64,000 bases of DNA from Alphaproteobacteria bacterium. Lineage in GTDB: Bacteria > Pseudomonadota > Alphaproteobacteria > MPNO01 > UBA830. The stretch spans positions 608,001 to 672,000 of the forward strand of contig OZ219791.1 in the NCBI GenBank assembly GCA_964291215.2, read 5' to 3'. Shown here one piece after another: positions 40,793 to 52,148 of the stretch (the stretch's first letter is position 1; each line of letters opens with the position of its first letter). Made by a program: the position numbers and the translations under genes. Below the pieces are notes generated by a model. That model ran no database searches. It saw only the letters and a program-made list of their open reading frames with translations, and was not told the origin of the DNA.

Positions 40793-41131
40793 GGGACTCC
40801 AGCTCCGCTATGGGCGGCTGCAACGGATAGCGCCCGGAGCCTGAGCAAACACCGATCGACCCCCTGACAGAACAGCCTGTTTGACATCGTGGAGGGGAAG
40901 TCGTGATTTGCGGTCGACGCCAGTCCCGGCTTGATCTCTACCGCCAGGGAACTGCTTCCGGGATTCGGCGTGCGCCTCGACGGTTTCGGGACGGGTTTCG
41001 CACCTCAACCCATGGCTTTTCGGTGTTGGCGCACATTCCATAGCGCTTGCCGACGCTGCCTTGCTGTTCGTGCCCCTGCGAGCGGGCAGACAGCCGCGAA
41101 GTCGGTATTCTTCACCGGCGATGAGCCGGAG

Positions 41132-42106
41132 TTACGGCTCCAGAACGATCGATCCCATCGTCTTCCGTCCGGCCAGATCGCGATGTGCGCGGGCGGCTTC
41201 GCGTAGCGAATACTTGTGATTGACCTGGATCTTGACGGCACCGGACTTGATGACCTTGATGACGTCATTGGCCATCTTCTTGGTCTCCTCCGGCGAGTTG
41301 GCGAAGTGGAACAGCGTCGGCCGGGTCATTAGGAGCGAGCCTTTCTGCGCGAGGATCGACGGGTCCATCGGCGGGATCGGGCCGGAAGCGTTACCGAACG
41401 AAACGAACAACCCGCGAGGCCTCAGGCAGTCAAGCGACGCGGGCCATGTCGCCTTGCCAATGGAATCGTAGACCACCGGCAGCATCTCGCCCTTGGTTAC
41501 CTTGCGCACCCGGTTCACGAAGTTCTCACGCGTGTAGATGATCGGGTAATCGCAGCCGTTGGCCTTGGCGAGGCGCGCCTTTGCCGGCGAACCGACGGTG
41601 CCGATGACGGTGGCACCGAGGTGCTTCGCCCACTGGCAGAGAATGAGGCCGACGCCGCCGGCGGCGGCATGGATGAGAATGGTGTCCTTGGCCGACACCT
41701 TGTAGATGCTGCGGATCAGGTACCGGACCGTCATTCCCTGTAGCATCATCGAGGCCGCGATGTCGCTCGGGATGTCGCGGGGAACCTTGACGAGCTTGCC
41801 GGCGTCGATGTTGACGGCTTCGGCGTAGCAGCCGCTTCCTGCAGTGCCCGTTGCGACACGGTCTCCGATCCTCAATCCGGACACACCCGATCCCACTGCC
41901 TCTATCTCTCCGCACATCTCTCCGCCGGGGGTGAACGGCGTCTGCATCGGATAGAGGCCCGAGCGCTGGTAGATGTCGATATAGTTCACCCCGATCGACT
42001 GGGTCCGCACCGTCACCATGTTCTTGCCCGGGCGCGCGATGTCGACATCGCGCCATTTCATGGCCGACGGTGGGCCGGGTTTGTCAACCACGATTGCTTT
42101 TGGCAT
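41132..42106 (-). CDS. qor: NADPH:quinone oxidoreductase (zeta-crystallin type)
   Basis: GVNYIDIYQRSGLY, HAAAGGVG, FGNASGP, KGSL..TRP. Confidence 0.9.
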   Translation of the reverse strand: MPKAIVVDKPGPPSAMKWRDVDIARPGKNMVTVRTQSIGVNYIDIYQRSGLYPMQTPFTPGGEMCGEIEAVGSGVSGLRIGDRVATGTAGSGCYAEAVNIDAGKLVKVPRDIPSDIAASMMLQGMTVRYLIRSIYKVSAKDTILIHAAAGGVGLILCQWAKHLGATVIGTVGSPAKARLAKANGCDYPIIYTRENFVNRVRKVTKGEMLPVVYDSIGKATWPASLDCLRPRGLFVSFGNASGPIPPMDPSILAQKGSLLMTRPTLFHFANSPEETKKMANDVIKVIKSGAVKIQVNHKYSLREAARAHRDLAGRKTMGSIVLEP

Positions 42107-42160
42107 AGCAGAGTCCTTCTCAGTGGCAGCGCCTTGCGGGGCTGCCTGCAGAGGGCGGCG

Positions 42161-42865
42161 TCAGGCGAGCGTATTCCTGAACAGTTTGGCCGTCCTCGAA
42201 TTGGCGGTCGCGGCAGCATCTTGGTCGTAGTGTTCACCGCCGGCGCGGGCAAATGCGTGATTGACGCCGGGATAGGAATAGACCGTCACCTTCGGGTTGT
42301 CGCCGAGCGCCGACCTGATCTTTTCCTGAGCTTCGGGCGGGCAGTAGTCATCGCCCTCGGCGAGGTGCAGAATGAGCGGATTGCGGATGCTGGACGCGGC
42401 ATCGAGCAAGTTTTCTATCTGGACCGGGTAGTATCCCGAAGCGGCATCAGCGTCGGTGTAACAGGCGGTCGCATAGGCGAGGCTGCCCCCCAGGCAGTAA
42501 CCGGCTGCCCCGACCTTGCCCGTGCAGCCGTCGAGGCCGCGGACGGCGGAAATGGTGGCTTGGATGTCGGCCACGCCCTGTTCGAAAATGGGCAGGAACG
42601 CGTTCATCAACTCGAAGGCGCGATCCCATTCGGCCTGGGTCTTGTCGGTCAGCTCGACACCCGGCTCGATGCGCCAGAAAAGGTCCGGACAGACGGCGAT
42701 GTAACCTTCGTCGGCATAGGCGTTGCAGACTTCGCGCAGGAACTGATTAACTCCGAAGATTTCCTGAAGGATCACGACTCCCGGCCCGCTTCCTCCCGCG
42801 GGGGTCGCGCAATAGGCCGTGAAGGTCCCGCTGCCGTCGGTTGCCTCGATGGTCAGATCAGCCAT
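42161..42865 (-). CDS. Dienelactone hydrolase family protein
   Basis: QEIFGVN, PDLFWR, GYCLGG, HAFAR. Confidence 0.93.
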   Translation of the reverse strand: MADLTIEATDGSGTFTAYCATPAGGSGPGVVILQEIFGVNQFLREVCNAYADEGYIAVCPDLFWRIEPGVELTDKTQAEWDRAFELMNAFLPIFEQGVADIQATISAVRGLDGCTGKVGAAGYCLGGSLAYATACYTDADAASGYYPVQIENLLDAASSIRNPLILHLAEGDDYCPPEAQEKIRSALGDNPKVTVYSYPGVNHAFARAGGEHYDQDAAATANSRTAKLFRNTLA

Positions 42866-43014
42866 GAATTTCCTCCGTCATTTTCGGAATCGCGCGGATT
42901 CTCGCTCGCCATAGCCGCTTACGTTGCAGCAAAGCGTACCAGAAATGTCGAATATAACAGTCAGATAACGGCTTGTCATGCGCTGGCGCCAAAAAAAGCC
43001 GGCAGCATGCGATT

Positions 43015-43458
43015 TCAGGCCGGCCTCTCCAGTGCAAGGAGGAATGTCTTGGTTCGCAAGCCGCCATGACCGGAATATCCGCCGTTTCCGCCGCGCGCCA
43101 CGACCCGGTGGCAAGGCACGATTACCGGAATCGGGTTGGCGCGGCAGGCCCCGCCCACGGCGCGCGCCGAACTGCCGAGCCTTTGCGCGAGTGCCCCGTA
43201 TGTCGCGGTTTCGCCATACGGGATGGCGGACATCGCTTGCCACACGCGCTTCCCGAAATCGCTGCCCTCGGGTTTCAGGGGAAGGTCGAAGCGGGTCAGT
43301 TCGCCGGCGAAATACTTGCCGAGTTGCTGCGACGCCTCATGGAGAAGCAGCGTTGGCGCGTCATCGGCGGCGTCATCCCACCCCAGCCGGACAATGTGGC
43401 CCCTGTCTTCACAAATCGTAAGCGGGCCGAGCGGCGAGATGGTATTCAGCACAGCCAC
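43015..43458 (-). CDS. ogt: Methylated-DNA-protein-cysteine methyltransferase
   Basis: IPYGETATYG, ARAVG.AC..NP, PCHRVV. Confidence 0.93.
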   Translation of the reverse strand: MAVLNTISPLGPLTICEDRGHIVRLGWDDAADDAPTLLLHEASQQLGKYFAGELTRFDLPLKPEGSDFGKRVWQAMSAIPYGETATYGALAQRLGSSARAVGGACRANPIPVIVPCHRVVARGGNGGYSGHGGLRTKTFLLALERPA

Positions 43459-43461
43459 CGG

Positions 43462-45510
43462 TCAGGCCCCTTCCAGATGGGAGCGCAACGCATCGGTGCC
43501 GGTGAGCGGCAGGGAGCAGGTCTGGCCGACGCAGACATAGGCTGCGGCCCGGCCCTCGACCGGCCCCTTTCCGGCGGCCACATGGCGGTCGGGAAGCGCG
43601 TTTCCGGAATGGGCCGGGACAATGAGCTTGTTCTGGCCGGCGGCCTGCCATGCGGTTGCTGCGAGCGCCCGCGAATCCGCATCGTCGGGGTCACCGGTGA
43701 TGACGATCTGGGTGCAGCTCTGCAGAAGCTCGTTGGCGCAGAGCAGTCCCGCGTATCCGAACACGTTGTTCGCGGTCTCCGCGACGAAGGCTGCGATCAC
43801 GGCTTCGGCGCGTTCGCGGAAGGAGTCGTCGCCGGTCAGGTAATGGAGCCGGGCGAGCACCGCCGCCATGATGCCGTTGCCCGCCGGCGTGGCGTTGTCG
43901 GCTGCGGTTCTCGTGCGGACCAGCAGCGCTTCCGCATCGTCTGCGGTGAAGAAGTAGCCGCCGTTCCGTTCGTCCCAGTAGTGGGCGTCCGCCGCGTCCG
44001 TCCAAGCGCGGGCGCAGTCGGCGTAGTCGGTATCGCCGGTTACCTCGAAGAGAGTGAGCGCCGCGCGCGCCATGTTGGCGTAGTCATCAATAGTGGCGGC
44101 ATGCTTGAGAATTCCCTTGCGCCAGGAGTGCCCGAGCCGTCCTTCGTTGAACATGTGCTCGCGGACGAAACGGAAAGCGTTCGCGGCAGCGGCCAGCCAG
44201 TCCGGGTTGTCGAACACCATGGCGGCCCGGGCCATCGCCGCGATCATGAGGCCGTTCCAGTCGGCCAGCACCTTGTCGTCCCACCCCGGCCAGACGCGCC
44301 GGTCGCGCACCGCGCGGAGCGCCTCCCTGGACGCCGCGAGCGCAGCTTCCTGTTGCGGATCCAAGAGATCCGGGCGGGCGGTGCGGTTGAGGATGGACGA
44401 ACCTTCCCAGTTGCCGCCGGGCGTGACGTCGTAGATGTCCTTGAAGAGCGGGGCGCTGTCCCCGAGAACGCTGTCGATCTCCTCGGCCGACCACACGTAG
44501 AAGCGGCCCTCTTCGCCCTCCGAATCCGCGTCGTAAGAAGCGGCAAACGCGGCCATGCCATCCCCGGTGCCAGGAGCCACCATCTCGCGCAGAGTCCACT
44601 CGATGGTCTCCGCCGTCCGCTGCGCATAGAGCGGGTTCCGCGTCGCCTGCCACGCCGAGACCAGCAGGTCGACGATCTGTGCATTGTCGTAGAGCATCTT
44701 CTCGAAATGCGGAACCAGCCAGCGGTCGTCTGTCGAATAGCGCGCGAAACCGCCGCCGAGGTGGTCGTATATCCCCCCCAGGCACATCTTCGTCAGGGAC
44801 AGCAGGACGGCGTCCCGCAGCATCTCGTTGCCGGAGCGCAGGTAGCTGCGCCAGAGAATCTCGAGGATCGGCGGATTGGGAAATTTCGGAGCGCGGCCGA
44901 AACCGCCATGGACCATGTCAAACTCGCGCACCAGGCGCTTGGCCGCACGGTCATTGTGGGCAAGCGGAATAGTGCCGTCCCCGCCCGCGCCCGGCGTTTC
45001 GGGGGTCCAGATCCGGCGCAGCCCCTGACCGAGTGCTGACGCTGCTTCCAGCGCGTTGTCGCGCTTGTCCTTCCAGTGTTCGGAAATCGCGGCCAGCACC
45101 TGCGGGAAGCCCGGACGCCCGAAACGCGGCGACGGCGGAAAGTAGGTACCACCCCAGAACGGTGTGCCGTCCGGCGTCAGGAACATCGTCAGCGGCCATC
45201 CGCCCTGCTGTCCGGTTAATTGAAGGGCATGCTGGTAGATGGTGTCGATGTCGGGGCGTTCCTCGCGGTCGACCTTGACGTTGACGAAATGGCGGTTCAT
45301 GAGTTCCGCGATCCCGGCGTCCTCGAAACATTCGTGCGCCATGACATGGCACCAGTGGCATGCAGCATAACCGACCGACAGAAGTATGGGCCGATCCGTT
45401 GCCTCGGCTTCGGCCAGCGCCTCGGGGCCCCAGCCGTGCCAGTGGACGGGATTGTCTGCATGCTGAAGAAGATAGGGGCTGGTCTCTTCAACGAGGCGGT
45501 TGCGGGACAT
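43462..45510 (-). CDS. Thioredoxin-domain protein (YyaL/SSP411 family)
   Basis: [49 protein letters not shown]. Confidence 0.93.
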   Translation of the reverse strand: MSRNRLVEETSPYLLQHADNPVHWHGWGPEALAEAEATDRPILLSVGYAACHWCHVMAHECFEDAGIAELMNRHFVNVKVDREERPDIDTIYQHALQLTGQQGGWPLTMFLTPDGTPFWGGTYFPPSPRFGRPGFPQVLAAISEHWKDKRDNALEAASALGQGLRRIWTPETPGAGGDGTIPLAHNDRAAKRLVREFDMVHGGFGRAPKFPNPPILEILWRSYLRSGNEMLRDAVLLSLTKMCLGGIYDHLGGGFARYSTDDRWLVPHFEKMLYDNAQIVDLLVSAWQATRNPLYAQRTAETIEWTLREMVAPGTGDGMAAFAASYDADSEGEEGRFYVWSAEEIDSVLGDSAPLFKDIYDVTPGGNWEGSSILNRTARPDLLDPQQEAALAASREALRAVRDRRVWPGWDDKVLADWNGLMIAAMARAAMVFDNPDWLAAAANAFRFVREHMFNEGRLGHSWRKGILKHAATIDDYANMARAALTLFEVTGDTDYADCARAWTDAADAHYWDERNGGYFFTADDAEALLVRTRTAADNATPAGNGIMAAVLARLHYLTGDDSFRERAEAVIAAFVAETANNVFGYAGLLCANELLQSCTQIVITGDPDDADSRALAATAWQAAGQNKLIVPAHSGNALPDRHVAAGKGPVEGRAAAYVCVGQTCSLPLTGTDALRSHLEGA

Positions 45511-45784
45511 GGGCGGCCTCCCTCCTGGTTCGGAAGGCGGCTGGACTGCGCGACCCTCGGGAGCTAGCGGAGCATAGGGCACCCGGGGCGTCAAGCCCAT
45601 CGCCACGGATACAGGATCGCTGGCTCTCCTCGAACGGAGGGGCGCATGTTTGCGCGCGCATCAGTATGTGCATCTACACATATTTAAAGGGCCGCGGCGT
45701 CTTCCCACGACCGGCGGCGGGATGCGGAGCTGCCGTTCGGGGTGCCGGCCGTGCGCCGGGGCTCGAACTCGGTTCAGGGGCCGC

Positions 45785-47116
45785 ATGACGTCCGATGACA
45801 CCATCTTTGCGGTCGCGACGGCGCCGGGCCGCGCCGGGGTGGCCGTCATCCGCCTTTCGGGGCCGGTGGCCGCCCGTTCCGCGTGCCGGCTCGCGGGTTT
45901 GGCGGAACCGCCGCCGCCGCGCCGCGCCGCGCGCTGTCTGCTGCGAGCGCCGGACGGCGGCGGGGAACTGGATGACGGGCTGCTTTTGTGGTTCCCGGGG
46001 CCGGCGAGTCTGACCGGGGAGGATATGATCGAATTCCATATCCATGGCGGCCGCGCGACCGTCGAGGCGGTATGCGACGCCCTCGCGAACGAGGCCGGGC
46101 TCAGGCCGGCGGAGCCCGGAGAGTTCTCGCGGCGCGCCTTCCTTGCCGGCAAGCTCGATCTCGCCGAGGCCGAGGCGCTCGCCGATCTCGTCGATGCCGA
46201 GACCGAGGGGCAGAGACGCCAGGCCCTGCGGCAGCTGCGCGGCGGGCTGTCGGCCCGGCTCGAGGCGTGGCGCGCTGAGCTGATCGGGATTGCGGCACAT
46301 GTCGAGGCCGACATCGATTTTTCGGACGAGGAGCTGCCGCCCGGCACGGCGTCCTCGGCGATCGCCGCGATCGCGGGCCTCGAGGCCGGGATCAGGGAGT
46401 TCCTGGATGACAGCCGCCGCGGCGAACGCCTGCGCGACGGTTTTCACATCGCGATCGTCGGTGCGCCCAATGCCGGGAAGTCGTCGCTCCTCAACGCGAT
46501 TTCGGAACGCGATGCGGCCATCGTCTCGGACACCGAGGGGACGACCCGCGATGTCATCGAGGTCCGTCTCGATCTCGGCGGCTGGCCGGTAATTCTCGCT
46601 GACACGGCCGGCCTGCGTCACGCGTCGTCGCAGATCGAACGTGAGGGCGTGCGGCGCGCGCGGCAGCGGGCGCAGGATTCCGACCTCAAGGCGGTGGTCT
46701 TCGACGCAACCCTTGCGCCGGATCGGGCAAGCGTCGAACTTCTCGACGACAGGGCGATCGCGATCGCGAACAAGTCGGATCTGTCCGCTCATCGGCCGGC
46801 AGAGATCGCCGGGCTTGCGGCCATTGCGGTTTCCGCCCGCACCGGCGCCGGGCTCACGCGCCTGCTGCGCTGTCTCGAGGAGCGCGCGGCCGAAGCGATG
46901 ACGGTCGGCACGGAAGCGCCGCTGACCCGGCTCCGCCACCGCCTGGCGCTGGATGAATGCGTAAATGCGCTGGCGCGTGCACGGTCGGCTGATGCTAGCG
47001 AACTGGTTGCGGAAGACCTCAGGCTTGCGGCGCGTGCGCTCGGGCGGGTGACCGGGCGGGTCGATGTCGAGGACTTGCTTGACATCGTGTTTGCAGATTT
47101 CTGCATAGGCAAATAG
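45785..47116 (+). CDS. mnmE: tRNA modification GTPase MnmE
   Basis: GEFSRRAF, GAPNAGKSSL, GTTRD, DTAG, NKSD, C-terminal FCIGK. Confidence 0.97.
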   Translation: MTSDDTIFAVATAPGRAGVAVIRLSGPVAARSACRLAGLAEPPPPRRAARCLLRAPDGGGELDDGLLLWFPGPASLTGEDMIEFHIHGGRATVEAVCDALANEAGLRPAEPGEFSRRAFLAGKLDLAEAEALADLVDAETEGQRRQALRQLRGGLSARLEAWRAELIGIAAHVEADIDFSDEELPPGTASSAIAAIAGLEAGIREFLDDSRRGERLRDGFHIAIVGAPNAGKSSLLNAISERDAAIVSDTEGTTRDVIEVRLDLGGWPVILADTAGLRHASSQIEREGVRRARQRAQDSDLKAVVFDATLAPDRASVELLDDRAIAIANKSDLSAHRPAEIAGLAAIAVSARTGAGLTRLLRCLEERAAEAMTVGTEAPLTRLRHRLALDECVNALARARSADASELVAEDLRLAARALGRVTGRVDVEDLLDIVFADFCIGK

Positions 47117-47399
47117 GCGATGCCCGGAGAATCCCCAAGCTCCTGCCGCTGGCCGGCCCGAATAGCCGGGGCTTGCGGCGCCATGTCCGCCTCCTTCCTG
47201 TAAGCGTTCGTTCGTGCGGTGAGGTGTTGTTGTTTTCGTCCGTTTGACGGGCTTTTGTCAGGGAGTTCCAGCGTCACCCGGAGCGGTTTCGTGCACCGGG
47301 ATGCGCGGTGAGGGGCACTGGCGCCATGCCGTGTTTTCCGCGTTGGTTGCGGTTTTGTCCCGGCGCTGCGGAGGAGGAGCTGAGCACCATCCCGTGCCG

Positions 47400-47880
47400 G
47401 TTGCAGGGGTCTGAGGGTCCGCTCCATGCGGAGCGGGCCAGATGTCCTTCTTCGGCTTCTGTCATGTCGGTCGTAGCGGCCGCTGGTTGTTCCGACGCGG
47501 CCGGCAGACGCCGCGGCGCGGGACCAGGGTCTCGCAGGGCACGGGCGGGGTGTTGCAGCGCGCGGTCCATGCGGCGTTCGAGAAGCAGCGGCTCGCCGTT
47601 TCGGTCATGGACCGCGTAGCGCATCTGCGCGCCGACCAGGCGCGTGTATCCGAGGCAGTGTCAGCGGACGACGAACTCGTTCCACAACCGGCCTTCCCGG
47701 GTGCCCACGATCCGGAAGTCGGCGGGCGGAGCTCGTCGAGGGTCTTCGGGGCGGCGGCTCGGTGTCCGACGTGATCAGCTTCGGGGCTGGCGGCGGCAGA
47801 AGGCGCGGGCGATGGGGTCCGCTCCGTGATCGTCGCAGCACTGCGCGACCATGAAGTCGCGCCCTCGACCTCACGGCGGC
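47400..47880 (-). pseudogene. Stand-alone DUF4338 (DruA-like) gene remnant inside the IS66
   Basis: Manual translation across frameshifts: REGRLWNEFVVR*HCLGYTRLVGAQMRYAVHDRNG...PVPCET...SGRYDRH...PKKDIW. Confidence 0.7.
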
Positions 47881-48263
47881 GCCGCGAATCTCCGCCGCCT
47901 CTCCGGGCTCACGGCAACCAGGGCGACAGATCGCCGGGCCGCCGTTCTCCGCGCAGGCGCCAGCGCAGAACATCGAGGCCGCTCCTCGCGACCGTGCCGT
48001 GTACATGACAGCCGTCCATGCTGTCGGAACCGAAGCCGGGCTTCCGCCCGGGCCCCTGAGGGCCCTTTCCCCGAAATTGTTGTCCATGGTCGACGAACAC
48101 GCGATGGTTGAGCGCAGCGGCCTGCCTTCCGGCGCCACTTTCGGAAGCCTCGGCGCTTCCGCAAACAGCGACCGCAGTCTCCGGCGCCGCCTGCGCGGCC
48201 TCGAACGTCGCCGGAAGCAAGGCAGTCGAGCCGTGTTCAGGCGGCAGATCTCCGCGATCGATC

Positions 48264-50381
48264 CTTTCAACCGGACATGCTTAACTCGTTGTTCATGAGG
48301 CCGTACATGATGGCCCATGAGGATCGGCTTTCGACATCTGTCCGCGACGACGGTTGACTGGGCGGCGTCGGCTGCCGAGGGCAGCACCCGCTCGTCCCTG
48401 GCGCGGGGATTGTGCGAGCGCGAGGGGTGGCGCAACGCGAAGGGAGAGCTGTGCCTTGCCTCGGCACGCGCGGGTCTGCCTGATCTTGCTGCGTCGCTCG
48501 ACCTCGTCCTTCCTGCGCCCAGACCTCATGCCTTCGACACCCTTGAGCGGGACTATCCCGACCGAGCACTGGCCGGTACCCTGGAGGACCTTGGAGAGGT
48601 CACCGTAGAGCCGGTCGGCGAGGACAAGCGCCCGTTCGATGATGGCGACCTGGCATCCCGAGGCGTGTGCACCCGGGGCCCGTGTGAGCTATTGGATCAC
48701 CTCGTCGCGCCTCGGCGGCTTGGTGTTCGGTGCGGCGAGTTGGCACCAGAAGGCGCGCGACGACTTCTGGTCCCAGGGAGCCCGTGTCCTCGGCGAGATC
48801 GTCAACAACGATCGCTTTCTGATTCTTCCGTCGGTACATGTGCAGGAGTTGGCCTCCCATGCCTTGGCCTGCCGGCGTCTGGCTGCGGACTGAGAAGTAC
48901 GGGGTGAGGCCGGTACACGTATGTGGGTCCCGAGCACAGCGGCGTGAGCTACCGGGCGGCGGGCTGGGAGCGCTGTGAGAAGACGACCTCGGGTCGACCT
49001 CCCGGGGCCACGGGCCCGGGCGTGCAGCGCGCGGTGTGGATGAAGCCCCTGGCGCGCCGTGCTGTGCCGGGAGCGTGTCTTGGGCCAGGCGGCGCCCCTG
49101 GTCGGTGATGACCGTTGGGCGATGCGGGAGTACGCCCGCAGCCGCCACAGTGACGTGCGCATCCGCGAGCGCCTGATCACCATGGGCGTGGAACGATCGT
49201 CCCGGAGAGATCCTGCCGACGATCTTCCCCGGCGAGGCGGAGCAGAAGGCGGCCCTGTTGTCGAATCCGAGGGTGATCATATCCTCGAGGGGCATCAGGA
49301 AGCGATGGTGGAACGCTGCCGTGCGCAGCACCTGATCCTTCCAGGACACGACATTCTTGAATTATCGTGGTTTGAAGGCGGGTCTTGTCGACATCGGCGG
49401 CTCGGGCATGGCGGCCCATGTCGGGGTTGCCTTCAGCGAAGGCGGCTCATCCCTCGGACTGTTCCATCTCGACGCCGACTTCCGTCTCGAGCCAGAAGAA
49501 GGACGAGGTAGACGACAAGGAGAGCCGGCGGATACGACAAGGAACTGGCCTGTCCTTCGACAAGGGTGCTGGTGATCTGTGACCGTGAAGGTGACATCTG
49601 GGACCTGCTGGCCCGGAGCACGAGTGCTGGTGCGCGTCCGGCGCTCGACACGGCGCCCACTGCAACGGGCGCATGCCGGGACCTTTGGAACTCCATGGCC
49701 GATGAGCCGTGCATCGCCACGAAGATGATCGACATCGAAGCCTGCGGAGGGCCGCGTCGCCGCAAGGAGCGCAAGGGCCTCGAAGTCCGCGCGGCAAGGG
49801 TCGACCCGCCGGACCAGAAGCCCCGGGGAACGCCGCCGCTCTCCATGATGGCGAGTCACGGAACTCGACCCGCCCGCGATCCTCTCGACTGGATGCTGCT
49901 CACCACCGAAGGCGACGGCACCGCAGCCGATGCTCTCAAGACCGTCTCCTTCTACGAGAGGCGATGGTGGATCGAAGAGTACTTCAAGGCCCTGAAGGTC
50001 GGCACACGGATCGAGGACCGGCCAGGCCGACGATCTGAGGAAGTGCCTGGCCTTCGACGCCATCACCGCATGCCGCGTCATGAGCGTCTCGCACGCCCGA
50101 CACCCCGGCCCGTCACATCGTCCACCGCGACGAGATCACGGTCCTTGCCCTCCACAAGACCGGCCGACAGCGCACGCCGCGTGGACCTCCCGAACCGACC
50201 AGCCTTCGCCGTCGAAGTCGCACGCTTGGCAGGCTTCATTCCCAGAAAACGCCAACCCCTGCCGGGAACCGAGAAACTCTGGCAGGGATACAAACTCCTT
50301 CTCAACTTCGTCGAACATCACCGAACCATGCGGAAACTCGATATGCTGAAAGAAATGGATTTAACAGTGTCCGGTTGAAAG
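48264..50381 (+). mobile_element. IS4/Tn5(IS50)-like element encoding a DUF4338-transposase fusion, pseudogenised but with intact boundaries
   Basis: TIRs CTTTCAACCGGACA (48264) and TGTCCGGTTGAAAG (50381). Perfect 10-bp TSD GCGATCGATC at 48254-48263 and 50382-50391. VNNDRFLILPSV, ICDREGD, YERRWWIEEYFKALK (Y-2-R-3-E-6-K), LAGF...PG..KLWQG. Confidence 0.9.
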
Positions 50382-51184
50382 GCGATCGATCCATTCCCAC
50401 CCCTCCAGCTGCGGCCGGCGCAGTCCGGAAGGTCGCGCCGACAATGCGCCCGACAACAGCACAGGATGATGAAGGGCCACAGGCGCGCCAGCTTCTTGCA
50501 GGCGCCGTAGCGGTCGCAGACCGGATACATGGGGGCCGTCCGCGAACAGCTTCGCCGCGATCTCGGCGCTGCGCGAGGGAGAGAACCGCGTCACGGCTGA
50601 CCGATGTCCGGAGCCAGGCGCGACTTCCGGACCTCCCTCAGGGCCCGGATGCATCGGCATGGCGCAGACCCCGGTGCGCGAGGATCGCGTCCCGAAGCGG
50701 CTCGAACAGGGGCAGCATCCGGCTCGCTGGCCAGCGTTCCCGGCGAAAGCCCCTGGACGCGGCGCAAGGGCCGCATGCACGCGCTCGTGCAGCACATGCG
50801 TCCACACCCGAATGCGGTGCCGGGAAACAGCCGCCACCGGTGGACCGGGGCAGTCACGGCCCCGGCGGACAATCCGCCGCTTTTGATCTCGATGATCCTG
50901 GTGCGAACCGTTGGCAACGCAGCACGAGCAGGCGTCCTCCGCCACCTCCAGCCGCTCCTCCACTTCCTCGAGCGCCGGCCGCGGCCAGGAGTGCCGCGCT
51001 GCTGGCCGCGCTTCGATGACGCCCGCTGCCTCTTGTCGCTCTTGCGCCCGTACATCGACGACCTGTTCGAACGAAGCTTGTCGTTCTCCGCCTCGACCCT
51101 TCAGAACCTTCATCGCGGTCTTCAGGCTGGCATTCTCCATGCGCAGCGATACCACCGTCGACCGCTTTTGCGCCCATGTACGAG

Positions 51185-52148
51185 GCCCAGGACGCCCTTG
51201 TAGCACGGGCCGATCTCTTGCCCGCGCTTGCGGTGCGGGAACTTGCACGTCAGGGTCCCATGACATGGAGCCACTTACTGTTGATCCGAAATCCGGTCTT
51301 GTCGACATCGGGCGTTGCAGGAGGTGCGCCACGGCGGCCTCCTCCCATGACGCATCGTGAAAGCATAGCCGAGGCCTCGGAGAGCTTGATGCCGGAGATC
51401 GCCTGCACGAACGCGACGGCACGGCGCAGGGACAGCATTTGGGCGACCAGCAGGTTGATGACGAGGGCCTGAATGCCGTACTGCACGGGATGTTGTCGGG
51501 GAACCGGCCCCGGGCCTTGCACTTCGGGCATTCCTCGGCGTCGACGCGGCGCGACCTCGAACACGATGTCGTGCGGCGCTCCCGATCGACGGGGCCGTCG
51601 ATGTCAGCGCCGCAGGCGTCGCAGGCCGCGACCGTCTCCTCGACGATGGTCTTGCGCAGGTTGTCGCCCATCTGCCGGTTCGGCTTCGGGCCCTTGCCGT
51701 TGCTTCCGGCACGCTCTTGTCCGTCTGTGACGGCGGCAGACCGGAGTTCCGGCTCGTGCGTGGTCTTCTCCAGAAGGACGACGATGAGGATGTCGAGCAG
51801 GATGACGAAGACGCGGATCACGGCCTCTTTCGCCACCTTGCCGGCAGCGCCGCGGTCTTGGCCGCTTCGAACTCCTCGCGCGCCGCCCGTCGCCATCACC
51901 CGGCCTTGCGCTTCATCAGCGCGCCGCCTCCGAGATGCGTTTCCACATACAGATCATGCAGGGGCTGGAGCCCCGGAAGCAGCTGGCACAGCCCGCTCGT
52001 CGCCTTCGATCCAAAGTAGCCCACTGGCGGTCCCCGTCGTTCTCGATTACCACCACTAAACGAATCGGCCTGCAGTGTCAAATCTTCACGAAAACCCGTT
52101 CGTTGCTCTACCCCGACATCAAGCCGGAACCAGGGGGTGAGCAGTTAC
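51185..52148 (-). mobile_element. IS66-family element: left end, Dam-like methyltransferase fragment (GTG at 52024), then transposase remnant
   Basis: GTAACTGCTCACC end at 52148; GYFGSKATSG..YVETHLGGGALMKRK; then LLEKTT, NSGLPPSQTDK, CDACG, CPKC, DKTGFRINSKWLHV, HRKRG. Confidence 0.75.

Larger units (their letters stand above)
47200..51180 (-). mobile_element. Decayed IS66-family element (transposase plus DUF4338 gene), interrupted by the IS4 element at 48264-50381
   Basis: GTAAGCG end at 47200. Transposase remnants YGRKSD..RGQQRG.PG and VCDRYGACKKL...AHCRRD (50390-51170) continue across the insertion into MDNNFGERALRGP and FGSDS (47880-48263). Confidence 0.75.

Noticed and set aside
40793-41131. 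Possible ncRNA in the rho-qor gap
   Set aside because: No recognisable RNA family motif or credible ORF; cannot be supported without a covariance search.
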